Assembly: GCA_051744925.1 (NCBI GenBank)
Contig: JBNJDM010000002.1
Location: 645 to 64,644 of the forward strand
Source of the DNA: Thermodesulfobacteriota bacterium
Lineage (GTDB): Bacteria > Desulfobacterota > Desulfobacteria > Desulfobacterales > JACKCP01
Direction of reading: 5' to 3'
DNA: 64,000 bases
Shown here piece after piece: positions 60,263-64,000 of the stretch. The notes under the pieces are model-generated. The model was not told the origin of the DNA, ran no database searches, and saw nothing but the letters and a program-made list of their open reading frames with translations. A program made the position numbers and the translations under genes. Each line of letters begins with the position of its first letter. The first letter of the stretch is position 1.

Positions 60263-61468
60263 ATGAAATCGATAAAATACCTCTACAGAGAAGGACGCGG
60301 GCCGTCAAGCAGCCATACAATGGCGCCGGCCAGAGCTGCTGCTTTATTTCTTGAATCAGCTAAAAAAGATTCTGTTTTCAAAGTAATACTTTACGGAAGT
60401 CTTGCATCTACCGGAAAAGGACACCTTACAGACGAAATAATAGAAAAGATTTTAACACCTGAAAAAACAGAAATAGTTTTCAGGCCGGATCAGATGTTAT
60501 CAAAACATCCGAACTCCATGACATTTGAAGAATATTCCAAAGACCTTGAATTTATAAAAAGCAAAGATTTTTTTTCCACAGGAGGCGGCGCTCTTCAGGG
60601 AGAGGATGAGGGAGAAGATATATATCCTTTTAAAAATGCCACAGAGATTCTTACAAGATTAAGAACTACAGGAGAATCTTACTGGGAAATTGTTGAAAAA
60701 TACGAAGGCCCGGAAATAATCGAATATCTTGATCATATCTGGTCTGTTATGAAAAATTCAATAGAAAACGGGCTTAAAAAAAGCGGAACTCTTCCAGGCG
60801 GACTGGGACTTCCAAGAAAAGCAGGATCTTTTTTTAAAAAATCCAAAAGACTCAGAGGAGAATTTAAATCTCTTGCACTTCTTGCATCCTATGCATATGC
60901 AGTTGCTGAAGAAAACGCTTCCGGAGGAACAATTGTAACAGCTCCGACATGCGGTGCAGCAGGAGTTGTGCCTGCAGTTTTATATCACCTTAAAACCACA
61001 CATAAATTTGAAAAAGAAGATATCATAAGAGCCCTTGCTGCAGGAGGACTTTTCGGAAATATTATAAAACATAACGCATCAATAGCAGGTGCTGTTGTAG
61101 GATGCCAGGGAGAGGTCGGTACAGCCTGCGCAATGGCTGCTGCAAGCGCATGCCAGCTTATGGGCGGATCTCCGGGGCAGATAGAATATGCAGCAGAAAT
61201 GGGTCTTGAACATCATTTTGGACTTACCTGCGATCCTGTTGCAGGTCTTGTCCAGATCCCATGCATTGAAAGAAATGCGCATTCAGCTACAAGATCTATA
61301 AGCTGCTGCCAGTTTTCACTTTTATCAGACGGACTTCACAGAATCAGTTTTGATAATGCAGTTGATGTAATGTATGAAACCGGAAAAAAACTTCCCGGAC
61401 TGTACAGAGAAACATCAAAAGGCGGTTTAGCCAAAATATACAGAAAAAATAATCCTGCCGGATATTGA
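60263..61468 (+). CDS. Iron-sulfur-dependent L-serine dehydratase (short single-chain form)
   Basis: 401 aa. GRGPSSSHTMAP N-terminal motif; cysteine-containing APTCGAAGVVPA and CIERNA regions. Confidence 0.82.
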   Translation: MKSIKYLYREGRGPSSSHTMAPARAAALFLESAKKDSVFKVILYGSLASTGKGHLTDEIIEKILTPEKTEIVFRPDQMLSKHPNSMTFEEYSKDLEFIKSKDFFSTGGGALQGEDEGEDIYPFKNATEILTRLRTTGESYWEIVEKYEGPEIIEYLDHIWSVMKNSIENGLKKSGTLPGGLGLPRKAGSFFKKSKRLRGEFKSLALLASYAYAVAEENASGGTIVTAPTCGAAGVVPAVLYHLKTTHKFEKEDIIRALAAGGLFGNIIKHNASIAGAVVGCQGEVGTACAMAAASACQLMGGSPGQIEYAAEMGLEHHFGLTCDPVAGLVQIPCIERNAHSATRSISCCQFSLLSDGLHRISFDNAVDVMYETGKKLPGLYRETSKGGLAKIYRKNNPAGY

Positions 61469-61713
61469 TAAATATTGAATGTTCAGAAATTTTTAAAAAT
61501 TAGCTCTTAAAAATCTTATTCAGTAAATGACAATTCAAATAAATTATGCAAATATATATATTCAGATAATTTATAATCTTTTCTTTTTTTAAAATTTGCC
61601 CGGATTTCAAGGCAGATTCAGATTCTTATAAAAAATTCAGCAGAAATTGCCGGCTTGAAAAGCACAGGCAACTTTATATTACTTGCCTCTTACCCGGAAT
61701 AAAAGAGACTGAT

Positions 61714-64000
61714 ATGAACAAAAATATATATTTATCAATAATATTTATATTGTCATTTTTATGTTTTTTCTCAGTTCCTGCTTTATCTAATGAAGAAAAA
61801 CCGGAAAAAATAATACTTCAGCTTAAATGGCACCATCAGTTTCAGTTTGCAGGATATTACGCAGCCAAAAAAAAAGGGTTTTATAAAGATGAGGGGCTTG
61901 ATGTTGAAATACGTGAAGGCGGTTACGGAATTTCTACTGTCAGGTCTGTTATTGAAGGAGATGCAGACTACGGAGTATCCAACTCAGAAATTATTTTATA
62001 CAGACTGAACAACAACCCGGTAGTCCTTCTTGCTCCTGTTTTTCAGCACTCTCCTCTGGTATTTATATCGAGAAAAGAAAAAAACATATCTACTCCCCAG
62101 GATATGATAGGCAAAAACATAAAATTTACTAAACAGACAAGAGATATAGAGCTTACAGCAATTTTTATGAAAGAAGGGATGAAACTTGCTGACATTAATC
62201 ATATTGAAGGACCTGTAACACCAGATGATTATTTTGATGATGATATTGATGCAGTAAGTGCGTACATAACAAACGAACCATTCTATTATGAAAAAAACAA
62301 TATAGATTACAATATTATTAAGCCGGAAAACTATGGAATAGATTTTTACGGAGACTGTCTTTTTACATCTGAACAAGAAACTAAAAAAAATCCTCAAAGG
62401 GCCGAATCATTCAAAAAAGCCAGCTTAAAAGGTTGGGAATATGCACTGGAAAACCCTGATGAAATAATCGACTATATCCTTAAAAATTATCAAACTAAAA
62501 AAACCAGATCACACCTTAAATATGAAGCAGAAAAAACATCTGAACTTATAATGCATGATCTTATAAGCATAGGTCATGTTAATCCGGGAAGGTGGTATCA
62601 TATAGGAAAACTTTTTGCACAATACGATCTGGTTCATGATGATTTTACACTTGATGGATTTATATTTGATCCTGAATCTGTTTCAGATATTGCAAGAATA
62701 AAACTCTCTCTTACTGAATTTACAACTGCTGTAGGACTGATTCTTTTCGGATTTACAATACTTGTATTATTCAACAGAAAACTTCAGAAACAGATAAACA
62801 AGAGAAAAAAAGCAGAATCAAAATTAAAGGAAAGTGAAGAAAAATTCCGTAATATTTTTGAACAGTCCAGCGAAAGTATAGTCATACAAAACTTTAAAGG
62901 CGAGATTATTGATGCCAACAATTCTGCTTTGAAACTTCTCGGATATTCAAAAAGAGAGCTTCTTAAGCAAAATATTGTCGATTTTATTCCTGAAAGTGAA
63001 AAAATAAAAATAAATCAGGCTGAAAAAGATTTAAAAAACAGCGGATTCTCAGCAATTAAGCTTAAAGCTGTAAAATCAGACGGGAAGTTTATTACAATAC
63101 ATAATACTGCAGGAATAGTTAAAATATCCGGTGAAAATGTAATTATGAATGTAGTAAACGATATTACAGATAAAATAAAATATGAATCAAGGCTTCAGCT
63201 TCAGGCAACCATTTTAGATCAGATAGAAGACATGGTTACTGCAACAGATCTTGAAGGAAAAATCAGATATGTAAATCAGGCTGAAATTAAATGCTCAGGC
63301 TTAAAACCTGACAAAATTACAGGAAACTATATTAATATTCTCAAAACATACAAAAACTGGCTTAACTCAGCAGAAGAGATTATAAGCACAACATCTCAAA
63401 AAGGTGAGTGGGAAGGCCAGACTGTTCGACCGGGAACAGACGGAAAAGACATATTCCTTTTTACAAGAACAAAGCTTATAATTGATAAAGAAGACAAACC
63501 AATGGGTATAGTTTTTATAAGCACAGATATAACCGCAAGAAAAAAAGCTGAAAACGAACTTGAGCTCAAGGAGAAACAACTGCGACAGGCTCAGAAAATT
63601 GAAGCAGTAGGAACTCTTGCAGGCGGTATAGCCCACGATTTCAACAATCTTTTGTACATTATTTCAGGAAACTGTGAACTTCTTCTTATGAAAACCGAAC
63701 AGCAGACCCATAAACATATAAACAATATTCTTCAGGCCACTAACCGGGGTGCTGACCTTGTTAAAAGACTGCTTGCTTTCAGCAGAAAAACAGAAAGCAG
63801 ACTTACACCTGTTTCTTTAAATCAGGAAATAGTAAGAGTAAAAAAAATGATAGACAGGGTTATACCGAAAATGATCAGTGTTAAGCTTTTTCTTGAACAA
63901 CAGGAAAAATATATAAATGCTGATCAGGGGCAGATAGAACAGGTTCTTATAAATTTATGTCTCAATGCAAGGGATGTCATGCCTGAAGGGGGTAGCATAA
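61714..64000 (+). CDS. Sensor histidine kinase: signal peptide/TM, periplasmic NMT1/SsuA-like solute-binding domain, TM, two PAS domains, HisKA and start of HATPase; 3' end runs off the window
   Basis: Absent from the ORF track (open at the edge). Own translation from ATG 61714 has no stop to 64000: MNKNIYLSIIFILSFLCFF...LQLKWHHQFQFAGYYAAKKKGFYKDEGL...TAVGLILFGFTILVLF...EEKFRNIFEQSSESIVI...GTLAGGIAHDFNNLL (H-box)...QVLINLCLNARDVMPEGG (N-box). Confidence 0.85.
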   Translation, partial: MNKNIYLSIIFILSFLCFFSVPALSNEEKPEKIILQLKWHHQFQFAGYYAAKKKGFYKDEGLDVEIREGGYGISTVRSVIEGDADYGVSNSEIILYRLNNNPVVLLAPVFQHSPLVFISRKEKNISTPQDMIGKNIKFTKQTRDIELTAIFMKEGMKLADINHIEGPVTPDDYFDDDIDAVSAYITNEPFYYEKNNIDYNIIKPENYGIDFYGDCLFTSEQETKKNPQRAESFKKASLKGWEYALENPDEIIDYILKNYQTKKTRSHLKYEAEKTSELIMHDLISIGHVNPGRWYHIGKLFAQYDLVHDDFTLDGFIFDPESVSDIARIKLSLTEFTTAVGLILFGFTILVLFNRKLQKQINKRKKAESKLKESEEKFRNIFEQSSESIVIQNFKGEIIDANNSALKLLGYSKRELLKQNIVDFIPESEKIKINQAEKDLKNSGFSAIKLKAVKSDGKFITIHNTAGIVKISGENVIMNVVNDITDKIKYESRLQLQATILDQIEDMVTATDLEGKIRYVNQAEIKCSGLKPDKITGNYINILKTYKNWLNSAEEIISTTSQKGEWEGQTVRPGTDGKDIFLFTRTKLIIDKEDKPMGIVFISTDITARKKAENELELKEKQLRQAQKIEAVGTLAGGIAHDFNNLLYIISGNCELLLMKTEQQTHKHINNILQATNRGADLVKRLLAFSRKTESRLTPVSLNQEIVRVKKMIDRVIPKMISVKLFLEQQEKYINADQGQIEQVLINLCLNARDVMPEGGSI

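Noticed and set aside
61996-63636. 133-aa and 89-aa minus-strand ORFs.
   Set aside because: They are antisense to the uninterrupted histidine kinase reading frame (61714 to the window end), which carries clear PAS, H-box and N-box motifs.

Overview
AT-rich chromosomal segment, most consistent with a sulfate-reducing Desulfobacterota (Desulfobacterales-like) genome. All calls rest on motif recognition in the supplied translations and on my own reading of the DNA; no database search was run.

Layout from left to right:
- 1-2.9 kb: a truncated AmmeMemoRadiSam/Memo gene, divergent from nifU-nifS.
- 3-18.5 kb: a signalling-rich stretch. It holds a stand-alone PilZ, a methylmalonyl-CoA transcarboxylase-like operon (12S, small peptide, fused 5S-biotin carrier), HD-GYP, REC-Hpt, a YkgJ-type Cys-cluster protein, the operon cheR-cheA-cheD-HDOD-cheY-cheX-like-cheB, and a GAF-like-GGDEF cyclase.
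- 18.5-19.2 kb: a 750-bp non-coding gap with nested perfect inverted repeats.
- 20-27 kb: housekeeping block gpmI-rsfS-nadD-proA-proB-obg-rpmA-rplU.
- 29-36.6 kb: the dissimilatory sulfate reduction operon aprB-aprA-qmoA-qmoB-qmoC. Directly behind its terminator sit an FGE/SUMF1-domain gene and a 4-TM membrane gene.
- 37-42.4 kb: three more YkgJ-family paralogs, an atypical SDR, a dGTPase-like HD hydrolase, an HsdR_N-like protein and a CDA-fold deaminase.
- 42.5-61.5 kb: translation and RNA-processing genes infC(non-AUG)-rpmI-rplT-pheST, rimP-nusA-infB-rbfA-nrnA-truB and rpsO-pnp, then M16 peptidase, dut, MBL hydrolase and L-serine dehydratase.
- 61.7-64 kb: a truncated SBP-PAS-PAS histidine kinase.

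No rRNA, tRNA, CRISPR array, transposase or prophage gene was recognised.

Most interesting observations:
- CheA carries two tandem 24-residue MshEN/T2SSE_N-like repeats where the P2 domain should be, in a c-di-GMP-rich neighbourhood.
- YkgJ-family paralogs cluster beside, and are transcribed divergently from, aprBA.
- The FGE-domain and membrane gene pair appears to depend on read-through of the qmoC terminator.
- A MITE-like nested inverted-repeat element lies at 18.7-19.0 kb.
- A 28-nt repeat is shared at 27/28 identity between 8.6 kb and 54.8 kb.
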